A DNA stretch of 63,917 bases, filler included, from Psammoneis japonica (Eukaryota), in NCBI GenBank assembly GCA_008632985.1. It is 3 parts of 3 records of this genome, joined end to end, with 100 filler letters (N's around TTAATTAATTAA, not from the genome) between each part and the next. Parts side by side here need not be neighbours in the genome. Positions count along the whole stretch, not along the records: positions 1 to 26,204 come from QPGO01000423.1; 2 more parts are not named here. One strand, given 5' to 3'. Below, piece by piece: positions 1 through 13,420 of the stretch (positions are counted from its first letter, which is position 1; each line of letters starts with the position of its first letter). Below the pieces are notes generated by a model. It ran no database searches. It worked only from the letters and a program-made list of their open reading frames with translations, and had not been told where the DNA came from. Position numbers and translations under genes: made by a program.

Positions 1-1059
1 TTGAATTGTTCCAGTTCCGTGAGATGTGCTGTCCATGTTCCAATGACGTCGCCAGCGAAGAGAGCAGCGGTCGGCTCTTGGTTTCGGGCCCTGTGGCAGT
101 CAATCCATGTGCGTGGTGCCTTGAGCTTGCGATTCGCCAGGTGTGGGAAGCAGACTTGGGGGTTGGCAGCGGCATCCACGCTTTTCACAATGCCCTCAGT
201 CATGTCAGCAATTTCTGTCAAAGGGACCTGTTCCAAGTCCTCGATGGCAGCAAAGCCTTGACGGGCTGTGCAGGTGCGCATCTGCCCATTGCACCCACAA
301 TGCGTGAGACAAGTGGCAAAGGCTGCGGCAGCAGCCATGGTGCATCAGCAGATGTTTGCGTTTCGATGCGTGAGCATCCACTTGTGTGAGTGGAGAAAAG
401 TGAGAAAAATGTGTGGTTCTCGTGCCGATTTGGCGGTTTCTACTTGGCAAACCTGTGAGCAGGCGGTGTTGCTCCCAAGCAACAATTGGCAACAGACATG
501 TGCGCACATGCACAGTGTCTGAACAGTTTGACAATGTGCTCTGATTGATGAAATGCACATGATCAAATGACAGACCTCGACACACAAATCATTGTGTTGT
601 CTTCATCACAAATGTTCACATGCCTTGGCCAACACATTCCATCCACATGATCAAACATTCCGTCCACTGATGTCATGTCTGACGGATCACAGCTCTGGTC
701 TCCAAGAGCATGTCGTTCACATCCATGAATGTTGATGTGTGCAAAGGACTCAGCGATTGCATGAGCAACCATGGGACCAACATGGTGCTTGCCACAAAAA
801 TCGATCAATCACAATGATGCCGTCGTGCCGTTTGCAATGCCCGTTCCAGGCGATGAACATCACAGTGCGTTGGCTCTGACAAAGTGAACAAATGCTGCCA
901 TGACAGCCAAGAATTGGGTGTGAGACAAGACAGAGTGTTGAACAGCATCAACAGGTTCTAGAATTGTGAGATGTTGCACTGCCGGGGTCACTGAACAAGC
1001 GACAGTGGACCAATCGCCAACAGTGCATAAACTGCCTACACTCGTGACAGCATGTCAGC

Positions 1060-3390
1060 ATTTGTTCAAAGCCACAAGAGGACGGACAATGCCACAGAGC
1101 CCGCATTGTCAAAGCCATTGAGGACCATGACTGGAAAATTGGAGACAATCCTGAACTGGTCAAGTTCATTTGCTCCATCAACAATGACGAATGCGAGGAA
1201 GTCCCAGCCTGCAATGACATCATGCACCACATTGAGCAAGAAGACAAGGACACTGCCCTCTGGAAGTTCCGATGCATTGCATCACACGAAGGGCCATTGC
1301 AACCCCATGATCCCTCTTGGAAAGGCTCAAGCTACAACGTCATGCTTGAATGGGAGAACGGGCAGATCACATCTGAACCCCTTGCCATCATTGCCAAGGA
1401 TGATCCCATCACCTGTGCCATCTGTGCACATGAGCACGGCCTCCTTGAAACCAAAGGATGGAGACGTTTTCACAAGATGGCCCTGCATCAGAAGAAGCCA
1501 CTCCGCATGGCCAACCCAGCCAAGTTGTGCTCCTTTTGTGCTGCGCCCTGGCCCTTGATGAGCGCAACAGCAACCACAAGTGGGGAGACGCAACGGACCT
1601 TGAGATGACTCAGCTTGATGAGCATGAAGTCTTCCACGACCGCAGACACCACAAGGATTCCAGTGCTCCATCAGGACCTGAGAAGATCTGGGCGCATCTT
1701 GTCTGCAACGTCAAACATGACGGACGGCACAAAGCAAGGCCAGTTGCCGATGGACACCTCACAGACGTGCCCGCAGACAGTGTCTGTTCCGGAGCAGCGT
1801 CTCTCCATGGCCTGTGAATGATGATCTTCCTGGCCGAACTCAACGAACTAGAGACTTGGGCCACTGACATTGGGAATGCCTGTCTCAAAGCTGTGACCAA
1901 GGAGAAACTGTACATCACAGCAGGCCCCGAATTCAGCAAGCTGGAAGGACACATCCTTGTCATTCACAAGGCCTTGTGCAGACTCCGCAGCTCCAGCCTC
2001 AGATGGCATGAATGCTTTGCTGATTGCTTGCGTGCCAAAGGCTTCTTCCCATGCAAAGCCGAACCCGACATCTGGCTGTGCAGGAATGGTGACCACTGCA
2101 AATGCGCGGCAGTGCATGTGAACAACCTGGCCTTTGCCATGAAGGACCCCCAGGCTTTCGCAGACACCCTCATGGAGAAATGCAAGTTCAAGCTCAAGGG
2201 TGCTGGACCGTTGGAGTTTCATCTTGGTTGCAACTTCACCCGTGATCCAGACGGCACCCTGTGCCTTGCTCCCCGCAAGTGCATTGAGCGCATGGTTGAC
2301 AACTGCACACGCCTCTTTGGGGAGAAGCCCAGCACTGATGTGCTTTCACATTCCGCATGGCCAATCAAGCCAAGTTGCATTCCTTTTGCACTGTGCCACA
2401 ATGCAAGCATGGGCATGAAGTGCCCCGGGACTGCAGGCGCACCTTGGCCCCCGATGAGTGCAATGGCAACCGCAAGTGGGGAGACGCAACCAACCTCGAG
2501 ATGACTCAGCTTGATGAGCACAAGGTCTTCCACAACTGCGGACATTGCAAAGATTCCAGTGCTTCATCAGGACACAAGAAGATTTGGGTGCATCTCATCT
2601 GCAACGTCAAACATGACAGATGGCACAAAGCAAGGCCAGTTGCCGATGGACACCTCACAGACGTGCCTGCAGACATTGTCCATTCCGGAGCAGTGTCTCT
2701 CTGTGGCCTGTGAATGATGATCTTCCCAGCCGAACTCAACGAACTAGAGACTTGGGCCACTGACATTGGGGGTGCCTGTCTCAAAGCTGTGACCAAGGAG
2801 AAACTGTGCATTGTGGCAGGCCCCGAATTCGGCGAGCTGGAAGGACACATCCTTGTCATTCACAAGGCCTTGTGCAGACTCCGCAGCTCCAGCCTCAGAT
2901 GGCATGAATGCTTTGCTGATTGCTTGCATGCCGAAGGCTTCTTCCCGTGAAAAGCCGAACCCGACATCTGGCTGCGCAGGAATGGTGACCACTGCAAATG
3001 TGTGGCAGCGCATGTGAACGACCCAGCCTTTGCAAAGAAGGACCCCCAGGCTTTTGCAGACACCCTCATGGAGAAATGCAAGTTCAAGCTCAAGGGTGCT
3101 GGACCATTGGAGTTTCATCTTGGTTGCAACTTCACCCATGATCCAGATGGAACCCTGTGCCTTGCTCCTTGCAAGCACATTCAGCGCATGGTTGACAGCT
3201 GTGCATGCCTCTTTGGGGAGAAGCCCCGCACTGATGTGCTTTCACCCCTTGACAAGGGAGACCACCCTGAGCTTGACACCTCCGAATTGCTCCAACTGGA
3301 GGGCATCCACCAACTTCAATCCTTGACTGGTTCCCTGCAATGGGCCATGTCTCTTGGTTGCATTGACATCACTGCAGCTGTCATGTCCTT
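1060..3390 (+). mobile_element. Degenerate Ty1/copia (diatom CoDi-type) pol fragment: pre-RT linker and reverse transcriptase, internally duplicated
   Basis: WKFRCIASHEGPL...WENGQITSEPLAIIAKDDP, VKHDGRHKARPVADGHLT, WATDIGNACLKA, HKALCRLRSSSLRWHE, KCKFKLKG.GPLEFHLGC and DHPELDTSE match copia RT motifs; multiple stops and frameshifts. Confidence 0.9.
1499..3245 (+). repeat. Tandem direct duplication of about 0.85-0.9 kb (copy A ~1499-2349, copy B ~2348-3245) within the copia RT
   Basis: Both copies start cac(a)(c/t)tccgcatggccaa and end ctgatgtgctttcac; ORF translations 1818-2345 and 2714-3240 are near-identical; copy A has a short internal deletion near 1548. Confidence 0.92.
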
Positions 3391-4604
3391 TGACAGGATT
3401 TGAACAGGATTTGGGTGCGCACGAAATGTCGCACACTGTTTAGTTTGCCGCGCACAGTTTTTTGTGCTCTTTGGTTCCGCGCGCACGCGCACGATGTAGT
3501 TTGCTTTCGAGCCACATGGCTCACAAGAACAACAACAGCAGCCTGATTGTGCTGACTCACACGTCTTTCGGCTCCTGTGACGGTCTCTGAGCGGAGACTC
3601 ATCTGCCATTTAGACAGCAGCAAAGAGTCATTGTTTGAATTCTTGCCATTTGCATTCAATTTCTGTCAGATTGACAGTCTTGCTCATTGTCAACCCATTG
3701 AGCAACCGCCATCGTCGTCGTTGATTTACCAACGACGCTACTTCAATTCTGCGTGGACCTCCGCATGTGTTCCATGTGTACATCGGCAAGTCCACGCGCA
3801 TTCAACACCAGGCATCGGCAGGAATTTAACGTCACCGTCAAGTCTCCTTGCCGCTGGACATCTGGATTGATTGCACTGCCTTTCATCGCTGAAGACATGC
3901 ATTCAACGGTCAAATCCAAGTCTGTCCTTGATCCTCATCCCTTCACACACCCATTCAACGGTTGACGGTCAAGAACCCTGCATGTTCACAGATCTCCGTC
4001 GCTGAAGACATGTGTGTGTACATCTTCACGGCCAAGAACTTGAACCCACTCTTTGGACTGCGGCTTTGCTGCCACTCTACAAGCACACCGAGTCCATTGC
4101 ACCTGATCTGCCCCGGACTGCTGGTGCTCTGCAGTTCTGCCAGGTCCACGAGGACGACTGTGAGAGCAAGTGGCTGTGATTGCAGCCTGTGTTGGGGTGA
4201 GGGTGTTTTCCCGCATTTGTTCGTTCGTCCACAGCGCCTGACGCCTACGTCAACTGGCCAGCCTGATCGGGAAATCCAACCGACATAAAATGGGAAAGGT
4301 TCGGGGGTCTTGTCCACCTCTGGTCAGCTCACCTGCAGGGGTTTACAACCCGCTGCTCCACTCGTAAGCAACCCAAAGTGCCACTGGCTGCGGGTTTGGA
4401 TGTGCCGGCACAACTCTGCAGACCGGACAGGAAGTTTGGCACTTGACAACGAAAGGGACAGCACAACCCGGCGACTTCTGATTTTACGACAGTTCAAGAT
4501 TTCAAGTCAAGTCTGTTTCAAGTCAAGTTCATTCCCACTCAAGTTTCAAGTCTACCTCCGCATCCTGACAAGAATCGCTTGCCCTGACACCGTTTTTGTC
4601 TACC

Positions 4605-6850
4605 ATGGTTCTTGCTCGTCAGCAACAAACCGATGGTTTCGAGCACGTTGTTGGAACCGTGCTTGCCCAAGGTGCTGGAAGCCCTCTTTGTTTGGCTTTG
4701 ACCCATGACGGCACGGACTCGTGCCAAGAACTGTTCACATTCATACCTCCCAAATCGACTCGCTTGAGTGCGATGATGGCACTGATGTGATCCCATTGCC
4801 CCGAGGTTGTAAGAACATGTTAGCAGCTCCAGTTAGTCTGCACATTGTCAAAGCACACAAAGGCCTTGATGTTGCCAACAACTCCTCATTGTTCATGCAT
4901 GATGAGTTCCTTGCCTGCCGCCTCAGCCCCGACCACATGTCTTCTGTGTCCATCGGCAGCTCACCTCTTGCACCTCTGCATGTCACCAACCCGACCAAGG
5001 CACGTGACCCAGTGCGAGACTTCAAGTGAGGCATCAAGCGTGACCCCACTGCTTTCACGGCTCTCAAATCCGACAAGCAGTGGCACACTTGGCACACCTC
5101 ACTTGTGGCACAAGCCCGTGCCCAAGACATGGAGTGCATTCTCGACTCATTGTACAAACCGACCAGCCCCGAAGACAAACTGCTCTTTGCTGAACAGCAA
5201 AAGCACATGTTCGCCGTCTTCCAATGCATCCTTCTCACTGACAAGGGCAAGGCTCTCATTCGCAAAAATGTGGGGTCTTCTGACGCCCAGACTGTCTGCC
5301 GCGCCTTGTCCGAGCATGCGCTCACCTCCACCCATGCATCTGTCGAGTCCTCCACCTTGCTCACGCACCTCACCACCGCACGCCTTGGTGATGGCACTTC
5401 GAAAGGTCCGACCCACGGGTTCATCCTTCATTGGCAGGATCAGTTGTGCAAGTGCAAGGCACTCATCCCGGCCAGTGACCACTTCTCTGAAGGACAGAAG
5501 CGCGTCATGCTCGAGAATGCCATGCATCCTGTCGAGGAACTCCGCGCCATCAAGAAACAAGCTGATCAACATCGCACGCAGAGTGGCAAGAGCCTCACAT
5601 GCGACCAATGTTGTGGCTTGCTCCTCTCCGCGGCAGCTCAATGCAACAGCACGTTTCAACCCAAGATGACACCTCGAGCTCCCCGCCGTGCCACACACGC
5701 ACACGACGTCTGCTCCGAGGACCCATCCGATGATGTGTTCTGTGCCATCGACAGCGACATTGACGTCCTTCAGGCCAACGCTGCCCACACCCGCGGTCCC
5801 AGCCTCACCAGCGACCAATGGAAACGTCTCCCTCCCGACCACCAACGGATTTGGGATTCGTTGCCCAATTCCTCCAAGGCGATCATCCTTGAGCATTCTC
5901 GTCCGCCTCCTTGCAACCCACGAGCCCGCAACCTCCATGAGTCGGTTGTGGTCAACCTTCACGACCAATGACTTGGGAGTGACGGTGATGTCAACTTGTC
6001 CGCCACGACTCTTGCTGACTCTGGTGATCCCGCTCCGAATGTGGACGCCACTTCAGACAACCCCATTCTGGCACATCTCACCAAGCTCAAGCCATTGCCA
6101 CCCGGTGATCTGCAACGCCTGTTGTCTCCTAACCAAGCCCCCAAAGCCAGTCGACCAGGCCCATCCGCCGCTCCCTCTACCTCGCCTGCTCCTCCAGATG
6201 ACTTGGAACTTAACAGCCGCACTCACCGCCGCGTCAATGACCACAATGTCATTTGCTCTGCCTCCGCTCATCGCTCCACATGCACTGGCACTCTAGTTGA
6301 TCATGGAGCCAACGGCGGCATTGCTGGCGACGACGTTCGCGTCATTGCGCGCACCTCTCGCCAAGTCGAAAGGGCACTGACGACCATCAATTGGTGGACA
6401 TCCCCATTGTCACTGCTGGTGCCGTCATTGAGACACAGCGTGGTCCCGTCATCGCCATCACGCATGCACGGGAAAGGGCAAGACCATTCACTCCTGTGGC
6501 CAGATTGAATGGTGCAAACACGATGTCAACAATCGCTCTGTCAAGGTGCCCAATGGCTTGCAGCGCACCGCCACCCCAGATGGCTGTGTCATCCCAATTG
6601 ACATCAAGGGTGGCCTGCCTTGTGTTGCCATGCGGCCCTGCACTGACGACAAATGGGACACCCTGCCACATGTCATCCATGCCGGTGATGACACATGGGA
6701 CCCTTCCGTCCTCGATCACTCTGTCACTGACGACGACCAGTGGCACCACGCGATCTCTGACCTGCAGGACGATCCCACTGCCAACCTGTTTGACGAGTGC
6801 AGCAACCACCGTCACCGTGTCGTTGTCAACAAGGTGCAGCATGCCTCGCC
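4605..6850 (+). mobile_element. Degenerate Ty1/copia (CoDi-type) gag-protease region
   Basis: DFK*GIKRDPTAF..LKSDKQW..W..SLVAQARAQD...FAEQQKHMFAVFQCILLTDKGKALIR (diatom copia gag); LVDHGANGGIAGDDVRVI (protease, usually LVDRGANGG); LPHVIH...WDPSVLD. Confidence 0.85.
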
Positions 6851-7329
6851 ACTGGACAACACGGCAAGACCGTGCACAAGCCTCTTGTGCGTGACAACGC
6901 AGTGTTGTCAATGCGCACCTGGGAAGCACGACCACAGGAGGGCGTGGCTCCAGGTCTCAGGAAATTCCAGAAGGATGCTAAGAGAGCATCCGTGTGAAGC
7001 ACACTGGCCCGTCGTCTGGCCCACGATGGCAGCGTGATTCCACACGATGACATCACTCGTGCATGGCGTGTGATGGCTTGATTCGCACGATCCACAATGC
7101 GAGCGCACTGTTGATTTGATGCAATCCAAATGCGAATGAACAGGGATTTGGCAAGATTCCCCATTCGCACGATCCCACTTTCTCTACTCTAAACTAGCTC
7201 ACAATTTTCACAACGACAAAGTCGTAACACATCTTCTTTTCAGCGCCTGGCACACACATGGGGCACAGCAATGTCACTCCCGCATGTTGTGCGAGGCAAC
7301 GAAATCTACAGAAACGAAACTACGAAATG

Positions 7330-8700
7330 TTGGCAGGACCGACAAATCTCAAAACGACCATGAAGAAGTGGATCAAGCCACCGATTCCGTTCGCACGGCC
7401 GGAGAAGAAAGAACTGCAGCAGGGCGAGTGCCAGACGTTCAAACTGCGCAACAACCCTGCTGATCCGGATGGTCCAACGCACGAGATGGGCATCCCGCAC
7501 CTTTCTACGGCTACATGCGAGACACTCCTGGTCTTTCTGTGCAACGTGGATCGCGTGCACGAAGGACAAAACATGACGACCGGGCCAGCGAAATTTGCCC
7601 TTGTGCGTGACCTGCTACAGGGCGATGCTCTGACGTCATTCAACAATGCCACTGACAAGCAGGCATCCCAAACCAACGCTGCGTGCGCAGCATGCGTCGC
7701 GAAGCTAAAGGAAAGTGTCTTCCCACATGGGGGCGGCACTGTTGCAGAAGCGTTGTCTGAGGCGCTTCACGCGCAAGCCCGCAGAGGTTTCCACTCATGA
7801 CTGCGTCGCGAGGGCTGTTGAAATTAACGGCTGTGTCTCTCCGTTTCCACCCGTGACGGAGGATGGAGAAGCACCGGCACCATTGCCCAATGACGAACTG
7901 TGTGACATGTTCGAGTGCGGTGTGCCGAACGCATGGCAGAAGTTCATGATGTTGCAGAATTTTGACCCATTGGCGCACACCATCGCCGAATTTGTGCAGT
8001 TCTGCAAGCGCGTCGAGCAGGTCAAGCTTGCCGAAGGTAACCTGGACCAACACACTAAGATTCCACGCAAGCGGGGGGACGCAGAATGGACAATCCTGAG
8101 TCGTTGATCACGACCCAACCGAACACCCACGTGAAACGTGTCAAGACTGGACATTCCAATGACGGAGGCAGCAAGCCTGATGCAAAACCTTGGAATGAGG
8201 AAAACATCAATGCTCTCATCGGATCAAAGGTCAAGGAGTTCTTTGCCAATGCTCAGAAAAAGCGCAAGGCACGTGAGGAGGAGCTCAATCACTTCCGCGA
8301 CCTCAACTCAAGTGATTCCGAAGATTCGGACACCGGAGAAGGGGGGCCGACATGATGCAGGTGGTTTTAATGCATTGGGTGAATGCATCAATGAACAATT
8401 GAATTACCATCGTACACGTGTTGCAGGCCAATCCCGCAAATGAGTTAAAAAGACTCATCTTGCTCCAATCTTGTTTGTGGCTGTGAACACTGAACATGGC
8501 AAGGGCAAGACTCAAACCATCAAGGCACCACCAGACAGTGGCGCCAGCAGTGCTCCACTCGATGGTCGATGCTGCAAGCGTCTGCGAAGCCATCCAATGG
8601 CTGAGACAAACTGGACTGCGGCAGCAGGCTTGTTCAGTGCGTCTAACGACTGTGCCGTCAAGGTGGTGCGGGTGCAAAAGTGGGCCAGATTCTGCGCACG
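7330..8700 (+). mobile_element. Degenerate Ty3/gypsy gag and start of protease
   Basis: IKPPIPFARPEKKE...FKLRNNPADPDGPTHEM, TGPAKFALVRDLLQGDAL..F, VPNAWQKFM (diatom gypsy gag-like); TIKAPPDSGAS (decayed LLDSGAS protease motif); possible LTR end gtcgtaaca at ~7229. Confidence 0.75.
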
Positions 8701-8799
8701 TAGAGCTTAGCATGTTTTCTACACAAATCGCCAAAGTCGGCTCGCCAACTTGAACCCTCTCCAGGACGATGGAAACTTGGACATTTCACATGACAAAGT

Positions 8800-9013
8800 G
8801 TTTCGACCACTCAACTACACTCTCCTCGACTTGTTTGGGGAGAGAAGTTACAAGTTTTCACAGGTTTCTGAGGACACATGACGAATCTAATCAGAAAGGT
8901 GCTGAAAACGCAACGTTCGAGTTTTAAAGAGCCACACAAAACGAGAAACCCATGGAAACTTGTAACTTCTCTTCACAAACAAGTCGAGGGGAGTGCAACT
9001 AAGTGGTCCAAAC
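8800..9013. repeat. Short inverted-repeat element (MITE-like), ~65-70 bp arms with ~75 bp spacer
   Basis: gaccactcaactacactctcctcgacttgtttggggagagaagttacaagtttt (8805 on) is the imperfect reverse complement of aaacttgtaacttctcttcacaaacaagtcgaggggagtgcaactaagtggtc (ending 9008). Confidence 0.8.
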
Positions 9014-9014
9014 G

Positions 9015-12000
9015 GTGGGTTGGCGACAACCACAGCGTGCAAGACATTGGCCACCGTCTGGTGCATTTGTTCACAAATGGAGTTGGCTGCAGGATTTCGA
9101 GACGTCATCGGCGCATCAGCAACACCCGCTTGATTTGGCAGCATTTGAAATTCCCAACCAACAAATTCTCCACCATTGTCATGGGTGCATCGATTTGGTC
9201 TGGGATGATGAGCCAACCAAAGATTGCAAAACTTGTCATTCACATGCTGAGAAGTTTTGTTGTCAATGCGCGTGAGTTCAGTCAATCCAGTGACAGCATC
9301 AATGCAAGTGAGAGCGCTGAATTCAATCTCTTGGTCTTGAATCGGCATTTTCCATGGTCCAATGAGATCAATCGCTGCTTCCGTCCACGGAGCCAAAGGT
9401 GCTTGACGTTGAGGCAATTCTCCACATCCAGGGCCCAGTTGTTTAAATCGTTGACACGCATCGCAAACAAATTCGTTACAACGTCAACGCAATGCAGGGT
9501 GACACATGTGAGTCCAAACACTTTCATGCAATCGCACGACTCCACAATGGCCCAATGTGCGATGGCACCATGCAATGGCATCCGGCAACAACGCAGCAGG
9601 AGTGCAAATTTTCCAGGCTCCAGGCGGATCATTCAGATGCAAGCAACAACAAATCAAGGGACGATGATTCACAATCTTGACCATGAACTGCTGCGGATTT
9701 TGTTGTCTTTGCTGATTCAGTTGGAGGTCTTCGAACTGGAGCTGTTGCACCCTTGGCATCTCAGTGGGGCTTGGCATTTCGTCCAGCATCGGGCAACTCA
9801 AAAAGCACTCAAACAATTCAGGCTCATCAAGCAGAGAGGAAAAGGCGGCGTGAGACTCATCAGAAGGATCAACAGGAGCATGGCAACACTTGAACCTGCA
9901 AGCGCCCAACTCCAAATCTTCCTCTTCCTTGGCTTTGCTCAGTTCCTTGGAATCCAACTTTTCAAAATGAATGATTTTTCCTTTGCGTTTGCTGCTTGGC
10001 CCAAGGCTCTTCCCCTCCGAAGGCGGATCCACACGTGGGAGACGAGAAAAACAATCGGCGAGCACGTTGTCCTTGCCTTCGACATGCTCAAAGGTGGGCG
10101 CGAAATCTTTGAGGAACAGTCGCCAATGAAGGACGCGCTGCGTGTTCAAAGTGCAAAAGGCAAGATTTTTGTGATCAGCATGAACAGTGACATCAGCACC
10201 GAGCAACATTGAGCAAAAGTCCTTGAAGCACATGATGACGGCCAGGAGTTCTTTTTCCATTGTTGAGTGATTGCGTTGAGCCGCCGAGAGCTTCTTGGAC
10301 CAACACGCCACAGGTTTGCCATCTTGAATGACAGCGGCGCCCATCTGGCAGTCTGATGCATTGGTGCAGACATGGAACGGTGGGTCATGGTTGGGGCAGG
10401 CCATCAACACTTCCGCCGCGATCACTGCCTTCATCTCCTTGAACGCTTTCTGACATGATTCTGTCCATTGGAGCTGACTCTTGCCTGTCAATTCAGTCAG
10501 AGGTGCAAGCAGGTGAGAACAGCGAGGCCACACATTGCGACAGCAGGTTGCTGCACCGAGAAACGACCAGAGCTGAGTGGTGTCCCGTGGAGGTTGCATT
10601 CGCAGGATCACCTCAACCTTCTTTTTCCATGGTTAAAAATGCCAGTTGGAGCAAGCCAATGCCCTGGAAAATCGGTTTCTTGAACACACCACTCACATTT
10701 CAACGGGTCAACTTTTAAACCATTCTCCTCGAGACGATGCAGCACCTTGTCAAGACGAGAGAGATGGCAATCAAAGTCAGCGTCAAATGCGCCAATGTCA
10801 CCAATGTAAGTTTCAACATCCAAACCATGTGGGATCTTTTCAATGATGGACTGAGCAACATCTGGAGCTGGCTTCAATCCCACAGCCATGCGACAATGCT
10901 GAAATTTCCCGCACGGAGTTGTGATTGCAGCGAGCTCCTTGCTTTCATCGTCCAACTCCAAATTGCAGCAGAACACAGTGAGATCCAGTTTTGTGAAGAA
11001 CTTGCAGCCCGCTCTCCGCTGCAGCACATCTTGAACAACTGGTGAAGGACACACTTTTCATTTGAGGACCTTGTTGAGCTCCCAAAAATTGGATGCCCAT
11101 CGCACTCGGCCATCCTTCTTTGGAGCAACAAAGGTGCCAGCTGCCCATTCCGTGGGTCCACATGGTTGCAGCACGCCGAGATTCACCAAATGCTTCAACT
11201 CCTTTTTGAATGCTTCTTCATTGACTCCAGCAACAGGAAATGGTTTTGAGTGACAAGGAATGGCATTTTCGTCCACTTCAAGGTGCACCTTTTCATGAGG
11301 ACAGTGCCCCAATGTTCCGTCAAACAAAGTCGAACATTTTTCCAACACCGTCAACAGCTTCTTCTTTTGCTCTTCCGTGAGATGGTCCAAGTTCTGAACC
11401 ACTTCCGCTGGATCCGTTGCTTCACACTTGGCATCGAGCATGTGGGTGTCACATCCATCATCACATCCATGGTCCGACTCGTCTTCACAATCTTCAACAA
11501 ATTCATCCATTCGATCTAAAGAAACACACCAATTGTGGGATTTGGACCAATGACGGGGTTCCTTCATTGGGATCACACGGTCCAGCCATCGCAGTGTCCT
11601 CGCATCGCAGCTCAGGTTGAGACCAATCTTGTCCAAGAAATCTTGACCCAAAATGATGTCATGTGCACATGGAGCATCAAATGCATGAGCCACACAGCCG
11701 TCAATCCTCCTGGTTTTGTCGAATTCCGGCAACACGACATCGCTCAAGGCTGCCCAACAACCCGATTGGAAAGGACCTGCAACGGTTTGAAAAGCTCGGA
11801 CTCCATGTTCGTCAATGGATGGCGCGGCTCCTCGAGGTAAAACTTGGGATGAAATCACAGTGTGAGAACCACCTGAATCAAACAAAACACGCATCACACG
11901 ATTTTGCTCATGCCTTTGGATTGATTTTGCAACAAGCAGTGCAGATGGGACCAATGCGGTGCGCGAGACTTGCGAGCCCATTTTGGGGAGAGGAATGTTG

Positions 12001-13420
12001 TGTTCAAATGCATCTTGATCAAACACATCCCCCTCTTCATTCACGCAATTTTCTGTGGCATTTTCAAATTCAACAGGTGACAACTTGTCAGGATTTTCAA
12101 AACAATCAAAAGCAAAACATCCATCATTTCATTCAAGTGAAACACAATCATTTTCTTCAACAAACACTTCTCTCACAGGCAATTGGGAGCACTCAGCTCC
12201 TTCTTCTCAGAACTGCCAAGGAAACTGCCCATCTGGCTGAAACCTCACCACACCTCTGCATTGTGGAGGGCCTCGTCCGATCATGTCGAAATGGCGCACA
12301 TCACCACAAGGAGCTTCTTGAGCCTGGTTGTTGTCACTCATGTTGTCTGCTTGAGCAGCATGTCCGTTGGCCTGTCCTTGGCCTCCACGGTTGTTGTTCA
12401 TTGTGATGATGTTGACCACCACCTTGGTTGCCATTGTCATTTTGATTTCCATTGTTGTTGTTACAACAGGCACCACGACCTCCTTGGTTCTGGTTGCCAC
12501 GACCACCAAAGCGTCCGCCGCCTCCACGGCCTTGACCATGGCCTCCTTGGAAACAACCTCCGCCTCGACCTCCACCGCCACGGCCTCCTCCTCGACCGCC
12601 ACGGTTCTGAGGCCCAGGACAGTTGGGGTTGTTTGGATCATCATGGCACTGGCCCCACGCATGCCTTCCATGGTGCCACGGGACCGGACACGGATCACCT
12701 GCCTTTGGTTGGCCCTCACTGTCCTTCTTGTCACGGCTGCCCTTTTTGTTGCTGGAGTCCCCCCGTTGCCATTGCTGGACTTGCATTTCTTGTTGTCTTG
12801 ACCGTCGGCAAACACCTTCTCGTCACTCATGCAGGCTTGGACACCCACCACAGAATCCGCAACAAGGTTCTTGCCTGCACGAATGTGGGGCTGCTGCCAG
12901 GTCAAAGGGAAGGCACAAAAGATGACACTTTTCTGCTCCTGCTCTGCAAGTGCAGGAACGGTTCCAGGCAAACGGTTGGCACAACGAAACAATGTTTCCA
13001 TGCGATCAGCATGAGCTTCAGATTCCACTGAGCAAGGCTTTTTGCAAGTGGGCAAGTGCATCTTCATCGTGTTGCGAGCTGTCGGTTTCACGCAGCGCAA
13101 ACAGTGGGCTGAGATGGCCTGATCAAATCGAGCTGTGGTCCTTTGATTCTGTTGGACACCCGCGGCAACATTCTGCCATTTCGCCTCCGCAGTTCCTTGG
13201 AGACAATCCTCGAAAGCATCAAACAATTCTGTTCCTGCATCACAATCTGGCTGTCTTGCCACCTTCCGGAACCTGTCCTCCACGTGCAATGATGATTCAA
13301 TTCCATGCTCTCCTGTGAAAACAGGACACATTTTTGAAAGTTTGGTGCCATCATCGAAGGTTTGAGTGAGCTTCACTTCCTGCAGTTCAGAATCCACGAA
13401 TTTGGTTTTATGTTCAATGC
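9015..13420 (-). mobile_element. Degenerate Ty3/gypsy retrotransposon: gag, protease, RT, RNase H, integrase (3' truncated)
   Basis: Gly/Asn-rich gag with CPVPWHHGRHAWGQC knuckle; VLFDSGGSH protease; PKKDGRVRW and TYIGDIG (YIDD) RT; VCTNASDCQMGA, TMEKELL, DHKNL, GKDNVLADCFSR RNase H; H..LGHCG..R, PWTEAAIDLIGPW and HDNGGEF integrase; gypsy domain order. Confidence 0.93.

Noticed and set aside
1060..6850. RT fragment plus downstream gag-protease as one element with novel domain order
   Set aside because: More simply two truncated copia copies separated by unrelated sequence (~3390-4300); no shared LTR pair found.
8878..10212. 444-aa plus-strand ORF, and other long ORFs such as 14453-15442 and 12183-13031
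   Set aside because: Antisense or alternative frames of decayed repeat sequence kept open by loss of TAA/TAG; no recognisable domains.
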